A stretch of 64,000 nucleotides of DNA from contig CAIMVH010000044.1 in NCBI GenBank assembly GCA_903844855.1, positions 575-64,574 of the forward strand, in the 5' to 3' direction. This DNA comes from an uncultured Actinomycetes bacterium. Its GTDB lineage: Bacteria > Actinomycetota > Actinomycetes > Nanopelagicales > Nanopelagicaceae. Both the position numbers and the translations under genes were made by a program. Shown one piece after another: positions 9,016 through 17,964 of the stretch (position 1 is its first letter; the number at the start of each line of letters is the position of its first letter). The notes beneath the pieces are model-generated. The model had not been told where the DNA came from. It ran no database searches and saw only the letters and a program-made list of their open reading frames with translations.

Positions 9016-9558
9016 ATGACGATCCCGAATGCCCTCTCGGCGCTGCGGCTATTTGGCGTACCGCTCTTCCTTATTCTCATTCTCGACGGCTCACATGATG
9101 GTTGGGCAATATTTCTACTTTTCGTTGCAGGGCTGACAGATTTTCTGGATGGCTATATTGCACGCCGGTTTAACCAACAGTCGCGACTAGGTGAGTTGCT
9201 TGATCCACTCGCCGATCGACTCTACATTTTGGCTACGCTCATCGGGCTCACCTATCGGGAGATCATCCCCGTCTTTCTCATCGTCACGTTGGTTGCGCGA
9301 GACCTTATTCTGGCAATGCAAATTGCGTGGTTGCGAAGAAAGGGATTTCCGCCAATTCCCGTTATTTTTCTCGGCAAAGCCGCCACTATGAATTTGCTGT
9401 ACGCATTTCCTCTGTTGCTCTGGGCTTCTGGAGTAGAAATCACTTGGCTCACTGGTGGAGCCTGGGCCTTTGCTATTTGGGGGAGCACCCTCTACGTGAT
9501 CACTGGCCTCTTGTATTTAATTCATGGATTCAAGGTAGGCGTTTCTCGTGCCACTTGA
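9016..9558 (+). CDS. CDP-alcohol phosphatidyltransferase family protein (PgsA / cardiolipin synthase-like)
   Basis: Motif DFLDGYIARRFNQQSRLGELLDPLADR (D-x2-DG-x2-AR...G-x3-D-x3-D) and a multi-TM profile. The start is set after the tRNA (ATG 9016 or GTG 9013). Confidence 0.8.
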   Translation: MTIPNALSALRLFGVPLFLILILDGSHDGWAIFLLFVAGLTDFLDGYIARRFNQQSRLGELLDPLADRLYILATLIGLTYREIIPVFLIVTLVARDLILAMQIAWLRRKGFPPIPVIFLGKAATMNLLYAFPLLLWASGVEITWLTGGAWAFAIWGSTLYVITGLLYLIHGFKVGVSRAT

Positions 9559-10342
9559 CGATGTTCATTCAATCCTCGAAGAAATCACGTCAAATGCGAT
9601 GGAACCCGATTATCGAAACCATCGCCCTCGTCGTGTAGCCATCTCCACCCGCCACCGCGTTATCGCCGCAACTGGACTAGTCGTCGTTGCCTTCTTAGTG
9701 ACTAGCACTATTCAGATGGGAGTAAAAAACCGAGCCAGACAAACGGAGGTGGTTCAAGCCACCAAGATTGGTCTCATCGATCAGATTCAGCGAGCCGACG
9801 ATCGACGGGGCTCACTTTTTATAGAGGTCAGTGCTATGAGCGTGGCAATAGATTTGCTTCAACGTCGCAATCTGCAATTGTCGACGCAAGGTGTAGAGCT
9901 CGCGAAGAAGATTGATAATGCGCTCACCTACTCTGGAGATCGGGCTGTGGTGGGAGAAGGCGTCGTCATACGTCTCGATGCAAAATCGGAGAAGAATCCA
10001 GTGCTTGATGTGGACCTTCAAGCAATCACTAACGGCCTCTGGGGAGCTGGAGCGGAGGCCATATCGATCTCTAGCATTCGACTTAATGCCCTCTCGGCAA
10101 TTCGACATGCGGGAGACGCGGTGTTAGTTGATTATCGCCCTGTTACCTCGCCGTATGAAATAGCTGTCGTAGGAGACTCTCTCCGGATCCGAGCAGAGCT
10201 CAAAAATGGCGAGCTTGGACGATTGCTTGTCGCGCTGAAGAGGGATTACGGGATTAGTGCATCAATTACTCCCAAACGATCTGTATCTATCGCAGGGCAC
10301 TCGAGCACATCGCTGCGCTATGCCAGTAGAGTTTCGGCATGA
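9548..10342 (+). CDS. DUF881 family membrane protein
   Basis: It has an N-terminal TM segment. The arrangement DUF881 / small basic protein / DUF881 matches the Rv1823-Rv1825 locus. Confidence 0.7.
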   Translation: MPLDDVHSILEEITSNAMEPDYRNHRPRRVAISTRHRVIAATGLVVVAFLVTSTIQMGVKNRARQTEVVQATKIGLIDQIQRADDRRGSLFIEVSAMSVAIDLLQRRNLQLSTQGVELAKKIDNALTYSGDRAVVGEGVVIRLDAKSEKNPVLDVDLQAITNGLWGAGAEAISISSIRLNALSAIRHAGDAVLVDYRPVTSPYEIAVVGDSLRIRAELKNGELGRLLVALKRDYGISASITPKRSVSIAGHSSTSLRYASRVSA

Positions 10343-10671
10343 TCCCGGTAATCGGTCTCGTCGTCGGTGTGGTCGTAGGGCTATTCACCCACCCCTCCGT
10401 ACCGCTCTGGCTTCAGCCTTACTTGCCCATCGCCATTGTGGCCGCACTTGACGCTGTTTTCGGGGGAGTGCGGGCTTTGTTAGAGCGTTCTTTTGACGAC
10501 AAAGTATTCGTGATTTCATTCGGCACGAATGTCGTGATTGCGGGACTCATCGTTTATCTAGGTGATCAACTCGGAGTTGGATCGCAACTCTCCACTGGTG
10601 TGGTTGTCGTACTCGGAATACGTATTTTCACAAACGCAGCAGCCATTAGACGCTTTATTTTCCGTGCATGA
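10339..10671 (+). CDS. sbp: Small basic membrane protein (Sbp, DUF1290)
   Basis: A 110-aa hydrophobic protein lying between the two DUF881 genes, with overlapping start and stop codons on both sides. Confidence 0.65.
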   Translation: MIPVIGLVVGVVVGLFTHPSVPLWLQPYLPIAIVAALDAVFGGVRALLERSFDDKVFVISFGTNVVIAGLIVYLGDQLGVGSQLSTGVVVVLGIRIFTNAAAIRRFIFRA

Positions 10672-11381
10672 TGATGAAGCGGCCATCCTCTACTCAACTA
10701 GTTATTGGACTGATCTTGGCTGGTTTAGGTTTCGCGTTAGCTACTCAGATCGCTGCCAACTCCAATGCAGGTCTGCAGACTCTTCCACAATCAGACCTCG
10801 TCAGAATCCTGGATGACCTCACATCCAAAAACTCGCGCTTAGAAGCAGAACGCTCATCGCTCATCGCTCTCAATTCCGAGATTGTCCGTGGCGGGGCTTC
10901 CTCTCAGGCCGCCCTTTCGGCAGCGCAATCCCGAGCAGACGCACTTGAAATCCTCACCGGCCAGGTAGCTGCGCATGGACCGGGCATTGTTTTGAATGTA
11001 TATGCTCCTCAAGAAGCGATTCCTGCTGAACAATTGGTCGCCGTCATCAATGAATTGCGTGACGCTGGCGCCGAAGTCGTGGAAATTGTCGGTATAGGAG
11101 AAGACGCTAGCCTTACCGGCGTTCGTGTTGTGGCCAGTACCTATGTCGTTCGCGAACGAACTCCAGCCGTTTTTCGAATTGATGGAGTCGTCCTCAAACC
11201 ACCATTTACCTTTAGAGCCATCGGTGACGGACCAACTATTTCTGCCGCGCTAAATATCGCAGGAGGCGTGACGGATCAATTTCGTCGATCTGGGTCTCGC
11301 GTTGCGCTCACCATTGAGGAAGATCTCACGATAAAAACTCTCGCCAGACTCACCTCTCCTCGATACGCTGAAACCAAGTAG
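10668..11381 (+). CDS. DUF881 family membrane protein
   Basis: Second paralogue, with an N-terminal TM segment and the same domain pattern as 9548-10342. Confidence 0.7.
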   Translation: MMMKRPSSTQLVIGLILAGLGFALATQIAANSNAGLQTLPQSDLVRILDDLTSKNSRLEAERSSLIALNSEIVRGGASSQAALSAAQSRADALEILTGQVAAHGPGIVLNVYAPQEAIPAEQLVAVINELRDAGAEVVEIVGIGEDASLTGVRVVASTYVVRERTPAVFRIDGVVLKPPFTFRAIGDGPTISAALNIAGGVTDQFRRSGSRVALTIEEDLTIKTLARLTSPRYAETK

Positions 11382-11395
11382 AGAAAAGGATTGTT

Positions 11396-11770
11396 ATGAG
11401 CAGTGTTCCCGAAGCCTTTGCATTCACATCTGACCACGAATGGGTTGAATCAAAGGGAGAGATTTACCGCATTGGTATTACCGATTTCGCGCAAGCGGCA
11501 CTTGGTGACATTGTTTATGTGCAGTTGCCGCAGGTGGGAGATGCCCTAGAGGCCGGCAAGGTCTGTGGTGAGATTGAGTCGACTAAGAGTGTGAGCGATC
11601 TCTTTTCACCTGTGACCGGGGTGGTGAGTGCAGTAAATGAGCTCTTATCCAACTCTCCGGAGTCACTGAATAGTGATCCGTACGGATCGGGCTGGATCTT
11701 TGAAGTGAGTGGCGGAGTTGTAGGCACCACGCTGACGGCCACGGAGTATCGGGCAGCAATTGGCGAATAG
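11396..11770 (+). CDS. gcvH: Glycine cleavage system H protein
   Basis: Lipoyl-lysine motif GEIESTKSVSDLFSPV, length 124 aa. Confidence 0.9.
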   Translation: MSSVPEAFAFTSDHEWVESKGEIYRIGITDFAQAALGDIVYVQLPQVGDALEAGKVCGEIESTKSVSDLFSPVTGVVSAVNELLSNSPESLNSDPYGSGWIFEVSGGVVGTTLTATEYRAAIGE

Positions 11771-11856
11771 CCGAGGCGGTTGACCACCTCCGCAAGCGCT
11801 ACTAGGGTCATCCTCAACTTGAGGTCAAACCTGTCGTAGGGAGAGTGGGGAGAGCA

Positions 11857-12333
11857 ATGCGCTGCACTACCTGTGGAGCCGAAGAGACCGCTTCGTGCAC
11901 CTGCGCTAATGAGCTCACCACCACCCTGAATTTAAATCGTGCACACACCCCCACCCCCATGGGAGGCACACTTTATTCTCACGATGAAAATCTCTCTGAC
12001 GAAGAGCGCACGGTCGTAAGAAGCCTCTCAGCGCAGAGCGCGGTTCTCATCATCCAGAGAGGTCCCTCATCAGGTTCGCGCTTTCTTCTCGATGCAGAAT
12101 CAGAGAGTGTGGGGCGTCATCCTGATAATTCCATCTTCTTGGACGACATCAGCGTGAGTCGGAAGCATGCGATCTTGAGTCGCCAGGAGAGTGGATTTTC
12201 CATTTCAGATATTGGTTCACTTAATGGAACCTATGTTAATGGTGACCGTGTCGAGAAGGTCGCTTTGCATTCGGGGGATGAAGTTCGTATTGGTAAGTAC
12301 CGCTTGATCTACTTCACGGGGGATATGTCATGA
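11857..12333 (+). CDS. garA: FHA-domain regulator (GarA/OdhI-like)
   Basis: C-terminal FHA domain (VGRHPDNSIFLDDISVSRKHA...GSLNGTYVNG) and a position after gcvH as in Rv1826-Rv1827. The start is ambiguous (GTG 11845 or ATG 11857). Confidence 0.75.
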   Translation: MRCTTCGAEETASCTCANELTTTLNLNRAHTPTPMGGTLYSHDENLSDEERTVVRSLSAQSAVLIIQRGPSSGSRFLLDAESESVGRHPDNSIFLDDISVSRKHAILSRQESGFSISDIGSLNGTYVNGDRVEKVALHSGDEVRIGKYRLIYFTGDMS

Positions 12334-13043
12334 GTGTTCCAGCCCGCGCCTATCTAAGCATCGGCGAAGTTCTCTCCAAATTGCGTGGGGATTTTCCTGA
12401 TGTCACCATCTCCAAAATTCGTTTTCTAGAAACCGAGGGTCTGATAGATCCAGCGCGTACCCCCTCGGGCTACAGAAAATTCACCAATGTTGACGTCGAA
12501 CGTCTTCGTTATGTTCTCGGCGCGCAACGCGACCAATACCTGCCTTTGAAAGTGATAAAGGACCATCTTGAAGCTCTCGATCGCGGGTTGCAACCACCTG
12601 ATCTTTCTGGTGGTCCACGGGTGCCGCGTTTAGCTGCTGTTGATTCAGTGATCGCTCCCGAAGCGTTTGCTGAAAGTAGTGATCTGCGATTAAGTCGTGA
12701 AGAACTCCTGGAATCTAGCGGTATTACGGACGCTCAACTTAAAGAGCTTGAAACTTATGGCTTGGTGGCAATACGGGGGCGCCATTACGACAACGATGCA
12801 TTAACCATTTCTCGCGTGGTTGCAGCCATGGCCCCTTTCGGCATCGAGCCACGTCACCTCCGTTCGTTCAAAAGCGCAGCAGATCGCGAAGTGGGGTTAG
12901 TGGAGCAGGTCATCACTCCACTGATGCGCCAGAAGGGGACGGAGTCGAAAGATCGAGCCCTAGAAGTGCAGCGGGAGCTGGCTTCGCTCTCCATCAGATT
13001 GCACGCCGCCCTGGTCAAGATGGGCCTTAACCGCATTCGATAG
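12330..13043 (+). CDS. MerR-family transcriptional regulator (FtsR/Rv1828-like)
   Basis: N-terminal MerR HTH (LSIGEVLSKLRGDFPDVTISKIRFLETEGLI). An ATGA overlap couples it to the FHA gene. Confidence 0.75.
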   Translation: MSVPARAYLSIGEVLSKLRGDFPDVTISKIRFLETEGLIDPARTPSGYRKFTNVDVERLRYVLGAQRDQYLPLKVIKDHLEALDRGLQPPDLSGGPRVPRLAAVDSVIAPEAFAESSDLRLSREELLESSGITDAQLKELETYGLVAIRGRHYDNDALTISRVVAAMAPFGIEPRHLRSFKSAADREVGLVEQVITPLMRQKGTESKDRALEVQRELASLSIRLHAALVKMGLNRIR

Positions 13044-13091
13044 CGTGCCACTGAGAGCGACAACGGGCGCTTGGGGTCATAAGGTGAGGGT

Positions 13092-13583
13092 ATGAGCGGA
13101 ATTGCACGGGTAGAGGTCGTCGGGGTACGTGTCGAGATGCCGTCAAATCAACCGATTGTGCTCTTGCGTGAGATAGAAGGTGAGCGCTACTTGCCGATCT
13201 GGATAGGTGCCGTAGAAGCCACTGCAATAGCCTTCGCGCAACAAGGAATCCAGCCGCCCAGGCCGATGACCCATGACTTGCTCAACACCGTCATGGAGCG
13301 CACCGGTCACGCTCTCCAGAGTGTCCTTCTTACTGAAATTAAGGACGGCATCTTTTATGCCGAAATTACCTTAGAAGGGGAGTTGCAGATTTCCGCGAGG
13401 CCTTCTGACGCGATCGCGCTGGCCTTGAGAAATTCGCGTCCTATCTTTGCCAACATAGAGCTGCTCGCTCAAGCCGGAATAGACATCCCCAAGGACCCTG
13501 AGGGGGAGGGGGCGCAGGAAGAGGCAGTGGAGCGCTTCCGTGAGTTCCTCGATCAAATCACGCCAGAGGATTTCATTAGCTAA
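13092..13583 (+). CDS. Bifunctional nuclease family protein (DUF151)
   Basis: The pattern PIVLLRE...RYLPIWIG..EA.AIA...RP.THDL is characteristic of DUF151, and synteny matches Rv1829. Confidence 0.7.
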   Translation: MSGIARVEVVGVRVEMPSNQPIVLLREIEGERYLPIWIGAVEATAIAFAQQGIQPPRPMTHDLLNTVMERTGHALQSVLLTEIKDGIFYAEITLEGELQISARPSDAIALALRNSRPIFANIELLAQAGIDIPKDPEGEGAQEEAVERFREFLDQITPEDFIS

Positions 13584-13591
13584 CCACAAAC

Positions 13592-13610
13592 CCTCAACCT
13601 AAGGTTGAGG
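13592..13610 (+). terminator. Stem-loop downstream of the DUF151 gene
   Basis: Perfect 8-bp stem CCTCAACC / GGTTGAGG with loop TAA, followed by TTCATT. Confidence 0.4.
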
Positions 13611-13691
13611 TTCATTGCGTGTCGGTGATTGCCCTCGTGGCCGCCTCGTTCTACTCTACTTACACCGTTGTAGTCCTGAATTCCCCCAGGA

Positions 13692-14231
13692 GTGAAAATG
13701 TTCCCTAGTCAACCGAACGACCAGTCCCAGCTTTCTAACGCGCCTCTCGAGGCGGGTTATCGAGGGAACACCGCGTGTGCGGCAGCTGGGATTACTTATC
13801 GCCAGCTCGATTACTGGGCGAGGACCGGGTTGATTGAGCCCAGTGTGCGTCCGGCAACTGGGTCGGGAAGCGCTCGTCTCTACGGCTTTCGAGACATATT
13901 GGTCCTCAAGATCATTAAGCGTCTCTTGGATACAGGTGTCTCCCTGCAAAATATTCGCACGGCTGTCGAACACCTTCGTCTTCGCGGAGTAGACGATCTG
14001 GCAAAAATTACCTTGATGAGCGATGGTGCCACCATTTACGAATGCACTTCCAATGATGAAGTGATTGATATTTTGGCCGGTGGTCAAGGGGTCTTTGGTA
14101 TCGCCCTGGGACGCGTCTGGGCTGAAGTTGAAGGTTCTCTCGCGGCGCTCCCCTCGGAAAACCCAGCCGCCGAGAGCGAAATGACTACCAGCGATGAATT
14201 CTCTCTTCGCCGACGAGCAAAAGGCGCCTAA
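13692..14231 (+). CDS. MerR-family transcriptional regulator (Rv1830-like)
   Basis: MerR HTH (AAAGITYRQLDYWARTGLI). Confidence 0.75.
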   Translation: MKMFPSQPNDQSQLSNAPLEAGYRGNTACAAAGITYRQLDYWARTGLIEPSVRPATGSGSARLYGFRDILVLKIIKRLLDTGVSLQNIRTAVEHLRLRGVDDLAKITLMSDGATIYECTSNDEVIDILAGGQGVFGIALGRVWAEVEGSLAALPSENPAAESEMTTSDEFSLRRRAKGA

Positions 14232-14317
14232 CCGCCTAGCCACCTAACTTCCCTGCCAATTGAGGCGGGTCTCTCGTCTGCCCAAGCGCCAAGGTCCTAG
14301 GATAAGAGTGCTGCAAA

Positions 14318-14505
14318 AACTACGCGGGAGAGTGGTGCGCGAGCCACGCGCATGACGCCGAAGGAGCAACCTCCCCGGAACCTCTCAGGCCAACGGACCG
14401 TGTAGATCAGGCAACTCTGGAGAAGCAACAGTGGATTGTCATTGTTGCGCCGAAGATGTAACCCGCCATCGGCGGGGATGCTTTCAGGTGCGCTCGGTCT
14501 GGTAA
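14318..14505 (+). promoter_or_regulatory. Tandem glycine riboswitch
   Basis: Two aptamer cores precede gcvP. The first is GGGAGAG...GCCGAAGGAGCAA...CTCAGGC..GGAC. The second is CTGGAGAA...GCCGAAGATGTAA...TTCAGGT..GGTC. Confidence 0.8.
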
Positions 14506-14575
14506 CTCCACACCTAGGGCGAGACAGAGGGGGAGTGATTCGACTGTCTAGTCGACCCCTGAGCTGAGGAGCGTC

Positions 14576-17446
14576 ATGAGTAACCCAGGTTCATACACAC
14601 ATAACTTTGCTAGTCGCCACATCGGCCCAGACGAACAGAGTCGATCGATCATGCTCTCAACGTTGGGATATCAGAATCTTGAAGAGCTCATCTCCGACGT
14701 CGTCCCACAATCAATACGATTGAAAAGTGAGATGGCTTTAGGGGAGGCGCTCTCTGAAGTTGATGCATTGGCGGAGATCCGAGGACTCGTATCTAAAAAT
14801 AACCCTGTGCGTTCTTTGATCGGCATGGGGTACTACGGAACGCACACACCCGGAGTGATTAAACGAAACATTTTGGAAAATCCAGCCTGGTACACGGCCT
14901 ATACGCCATATCAACCTGAGATATCTCAAGGGCGTCTTGAGGCGTTAATTAATTTCCAAACAATGATCGCGGACCTGACTGGAATGCATCTTTCGAATGC
15001 CTCGATGCTTGACGAAGGCACGGCAGCTGCCGAGGCGATGACTATCGCGCTGCGTTCGTATAAAGGCAGTAGTCGGACCTTTTTGATAGATGCCGATACG
15101 CACCCACAAACTATTGCGGTGATACAAACACGGGCTAAACCCTTGAAGATTCACGTTGAACTTTGGAATGCAGGCGATCCACTACCTGACGCATTTGGTC
15201 TCTTACTTTCATATCCAGGATCTTCTGGACTCGTGCGCGATATATCCAGTGATATCAAGGCCATTCACGCAATCTCTGGAATAGCTGTGGTCGCTTCCGA
15301 TCTACTTGCTCTTACACTTTTAAAATCTCCTGGATCACTCGGCGCAGATGTCGTTGTGGGCTCGTCTCAACGATTTGGGGTTCCCATGGGCTTCGGCGGA
15401 CCACATGCGGGTTTCATGGGTGTGCGTGCGGGTCTAGAACGATCGATGCCTGGTCGTTTAGTAGGTGTCAGCGTTGATGATGCCGGCACCCCAGCTATGC
15501 GTCTCGCTCTACAAACACGTGAACAACACATACGTAGAGAGAAGGCGACTAGCAATATCTGCACAGCGCAGGTCCTGCTAGCAGTGATGGCTTCCATGTA
15601 TGCGGTATATCACGGCCCAAGAGGCTTACAGGGCATCGCGCAGAGAGTCGCAGATAACGCGACGGCACTATCAGTTGGTCTTAAAGAAGCTGGCTATCAA
15701 GTGTTGCATGACGCATCTTTTGACACAGTGACATTCCGTAAGCACGACACCACATCCGACCATATTCTTGCGACTCTCTTGGAAGTCGGGTTTAACATTC
15801 GCAAAATCGACAATGATTGGGTGGCGCTATCTATAGATGAAACCGTTTCGAATGTGAATCTAGCGACCATCTCGCAAACACTAGGTCTAACTATCGGTAC
15901 CGTGAAGGCGAGTTTCGGATCTCTGGCACGCGAGGACGAGTTTCTCACCCATCCGGTATTTCATTCACACCATAATGAAACGTCGATGCTTAGATACATT
16001 CGTACTTTGGGAGACCGTGATCTCGCACTTGATCGCACCATGATCCCACTCGGTAGCTGCACCATGAAGCTCAACGCAACCAGCGAGATGGAACCGGTCA
16101 CCTGGCCGGAGATTTCCACTCTGCACCCCTTTGCTCCTGCGGATCAGAGCAGGGGGATTCGCTCTCTCATATCCCAGTTGAGCGCATGGCTAGTAGAGAT
16201 CACGGGGTATGACGCCATCTCGTTACAACCCAACGCGGGGAGTCAGGGGGAGTTTGCCGGTCTCTTGGCAATTCGCCAATATCTCGACGCGAAAGGTGAG
16301 TCGCATCGCAATCTTTGCCTCATACCGTCAAGTGCACATGGAACCAATGCCGCTAGTGCGGTGATGGCTGGCATGGATGTAGTCGTCGTAGGTTGTGACA
16401 CGGAAGGAAATGTTGATCTTATTGAACTTAAGAGCAAGATCATGGAACATCACGACAATCTGGCAGCTTTGATGATCACTTATCCATCCACGCATGGTGT
16501 CTTCGAAGAGGCGATCACAGATATCTGTGCCATGGTGCACGATGCGGGTGGTCAAGTGTATGTAGATGGTGCGAACCTGAACGCCTTAGTCGGTCTTGCA
16601 CAGCCCGGTAAATTTGGTGCAGATGTATCGCATCTCAACCTTCACAAAACTTTCTGTATCCCCCATGGGGGAGGAGGCCCTGGTGTAGGTCCAGTAGGTG
16701 TCCGCGCGCACCTTGCCCCTTACCTACCTAATCATCCGCTGGATTCAGAAGCGGGGCCGATCACGGGCCCTGGCCCCATCAGTGCAGCACCGTTTGGGTC
16801 TGCGTCAATTTTACCTATTCCCTGGATGTACATCCGCATGATGGGTGCAAAGGGATTGACGGAAGCCACGTCAATAGCAATTCTCTCCGCGAATTACATC
16901 GCTTCTGAATTGTCAAATGATTACCAAGTGCTCTATTCCGGCAAGAGCGGACGTATAGCCCATGAGTGCATCCTTGATATACGACCACTCACGAAAGAGA
17001 GTGGTGTCACAGTCGATGACATTGCAAAGCGCTTAATGGATTTCGGTTTCCACGCACCAACGATGTCGTTTCCAGTTGCGGGAACCTTGATGATTGAGCC
17101 GACGGAGAGCGAAGATCTTTTTGAGATTGAACGATTCATTCGTGCCATGAGGATCATCAAGAGGGAAGCTGAATCCGTTCAACGAGGCGAGATCTCTATT
17201 GAGGATTCACCGCTACGCCATGCCCCACACACAGTTGCTTCATTGGTGGGCGATTGGGATCGAAAGTATTCACGGCAAGTAGCGGCTTTTCCTGATCAAG
17301 TGGCAGATGGTGGGGGAGAGATGGTCTTTGGAGGCCGGGGAAAGTATTGGCCGACTGTGGGCCGCATCGATGGCGCTTTTGGCGATCGAAACCTAGTCTG
17401 TTCATGTCCATCAATCGAAAGTTATGCGGGGGGCAGCGATGCGTGA
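14576..17446 (+). CDS. gcvP: Glycine dehydrogenase (decarboxylating), single-chain P protein
   Basis: 956 aa with full-length GcvP similarity. The PLP-lysine region is [18 protein letters not shown] and the C-terminus is [19 protein letters not shown]. Confidence 0.95.
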   Translation: MSNPGSYTHNFASRHIGPDEQSRSIMLSTLGYQNLEELISDVVPQSIRLKSEMALGEALSEVDALAEIRGLVSKNNPVRSLIGMGYYGTHTPGVIKRNILENPAWYTAYTPYQPEISQGRLEALINFQTMIADLTGMHLSNASMLDEGTAAAEAMTIALRSYKGSSRTFLIDADTHPQTIAVIQTRAKPLKIHVELWNAGDPLPDAFGLLLSYPGSSGLVRDISSDIKAIHAISGIAVVASDLLALTLLKSPGSLGADVVVGSSQRFGVPMGFGGPHAGFMGVRAGLERSMPGRLVGVSVDDAGTPAMRLALQTREQHIRREKATSNICTAQVLLAVMASMYAVYHGPRGLQGIAQRVADNATALSVGLKEAGYQVLHDASFDTVTFRKHDTTSDHILATLLEVGFNIRKIDNDWVALSIDETVSNVNLATISQTLGLTIGTVKASFGSLAREDEFLTHPVFHSHHNETSMLRYIRTLGDRDLALDRTMIPLGSCTMKLNATSEMEPVTWPEISTLHPFAPADQSRGIRSLISQLSAWLVEITGYDAISLQPNAGSQGEFAGLLAIRQYLDAKGESHRNLCLIPSSAHGTNAASAVMAGMDVVVVGCDTEGNVDLIELKSKIMEHHDNLAALMITYPSTHGVFEEAITDICAMVHDAGGQVYVDGANLNALVGLAQPGKFGADVSHLNLHKTFCIPHGGGGPGVGPVGVRAHLAPYLPNHPLDSEAGPITGPGPISAAPFGSASILPIPWMYIRMMGAKGLTEATSIAILSANYIASELSNDYQVLYSGKSGRIAHECILDIRPLTKESGVTVDDIAKRLMDFGFHAPTMSFPVAGTLMIEPTESEDLFEIERFIRAMRIIKREAESVQRGEISIEDSPLRHAPHTVASLVGDWDRKYSRQVAAFPDQVADGGGEMVFGGRGKYWPTVGRIDGAFGDRNLVCSCPSIESYAGGSDA

Positions 17447-17906
17447 TTTCACCGAAATTATCGACACATACTCAAGAGAGTCGATTCCACTAGTGAAGAC
17501 GCTAGGAATTCACGTGACAGAGGCAGTTATCACCGATACAGAGGTGCGCGCAGTCTGTTCGCTGCCAGACCGCCCCGAACAACGCAACCATGTGGGGGGT
17601 CCGCACGCCGGAGCCATGTTTACCGCCGCAGAGAGCGCCAGCGGCGGGGTAGTTCAGGCGGCTTTTGCCGATCTCTTCTCGCAGGCCGTTCCCTTGATTA
17701 TGAATGGTGGCATGCGTTTTCAAGCGCTGGCCTTAGGCGACATTGTGGCGACGGCGAGGATGCCGATTGCCGAGGTGGCCAGAGTGCGAGGCGAATTAGC
17801 CGCGGGCAAGCGCCCAGAGTTCTTCATTGAGGTTGAGGTGGCCAGTGCAGAAGCGATCACGGGGCTTTTGTCGACTCATTGGACCTTGAAACCGATCAAA
17901 CGCTAA
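17439..17906 (+). CDS. Hotdog-fold thioesterase (PaaI/DUF4442-like)
   Basis: About 155 aa with the pattern [16 protein letters not shown]. It overlaps the gcvP stop by 8 nt, and G-rich SD-like sequence lies just upstream of ATG 17439. Confidence 0.6.
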   Translation: MRDFTEIIDTYSRESIPLVKTLGIHVTEAVITDTEVRAVCSLPDRPEQRNHVGGPHAGAMFTAAESASGGVVQAAFADLFSQAVPLIMNGGMRFQALALGDIVATARMPIAEVARVRGELAAGKRPEFFIEVEVASAEAITGLLSTHWTLKPIKR

Positions 17907-17913
17907 CTTTTTT

Positions 17914-17941
17914 ACTTTACATAATGTAGATTATCGGCGTG
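17914..17941 (-). other. dif: dif-like XerC/XerD chromosome dimer resolution site
   Basis: The minus strand reads CACGCCGATAA-TCTACA-TTATGTAAAGT, which has the 11-6-11 dif architecture. The XerD arm matches E. coli dif at 9/11 and B. subtilis dif at 10/11. It lies in a convergent spacer at the coding-strand switch. Confidence 0.6.
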
Positions 17942-17964
17942 GAACCCACGGAGTGGTCGACCGG

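Noticed and set aside
11790-11830. A CCTCAAC...TTGAGG mini-palindrome that resembles the hairpin at 13592-13610, which raised the possibility of a repeat family.
   Set aside because: Only a 7-nt core is shared, and the first copy forms a very short stem with a 3-nt loop. That is not enough similarity to call a repeat family without a genome-wide count.
13656-14243. A 195-aa minus-strand ORF covering the second MerR gene. The antisense ORFs 60815-61159 and 61163-61552 inside the permease are similar cases.
   Set aside because: Each is antisense to a gene with strong family motifs, has no motif of its own, and is typical of the open antisense frames seen in GC-biased coding DNA.
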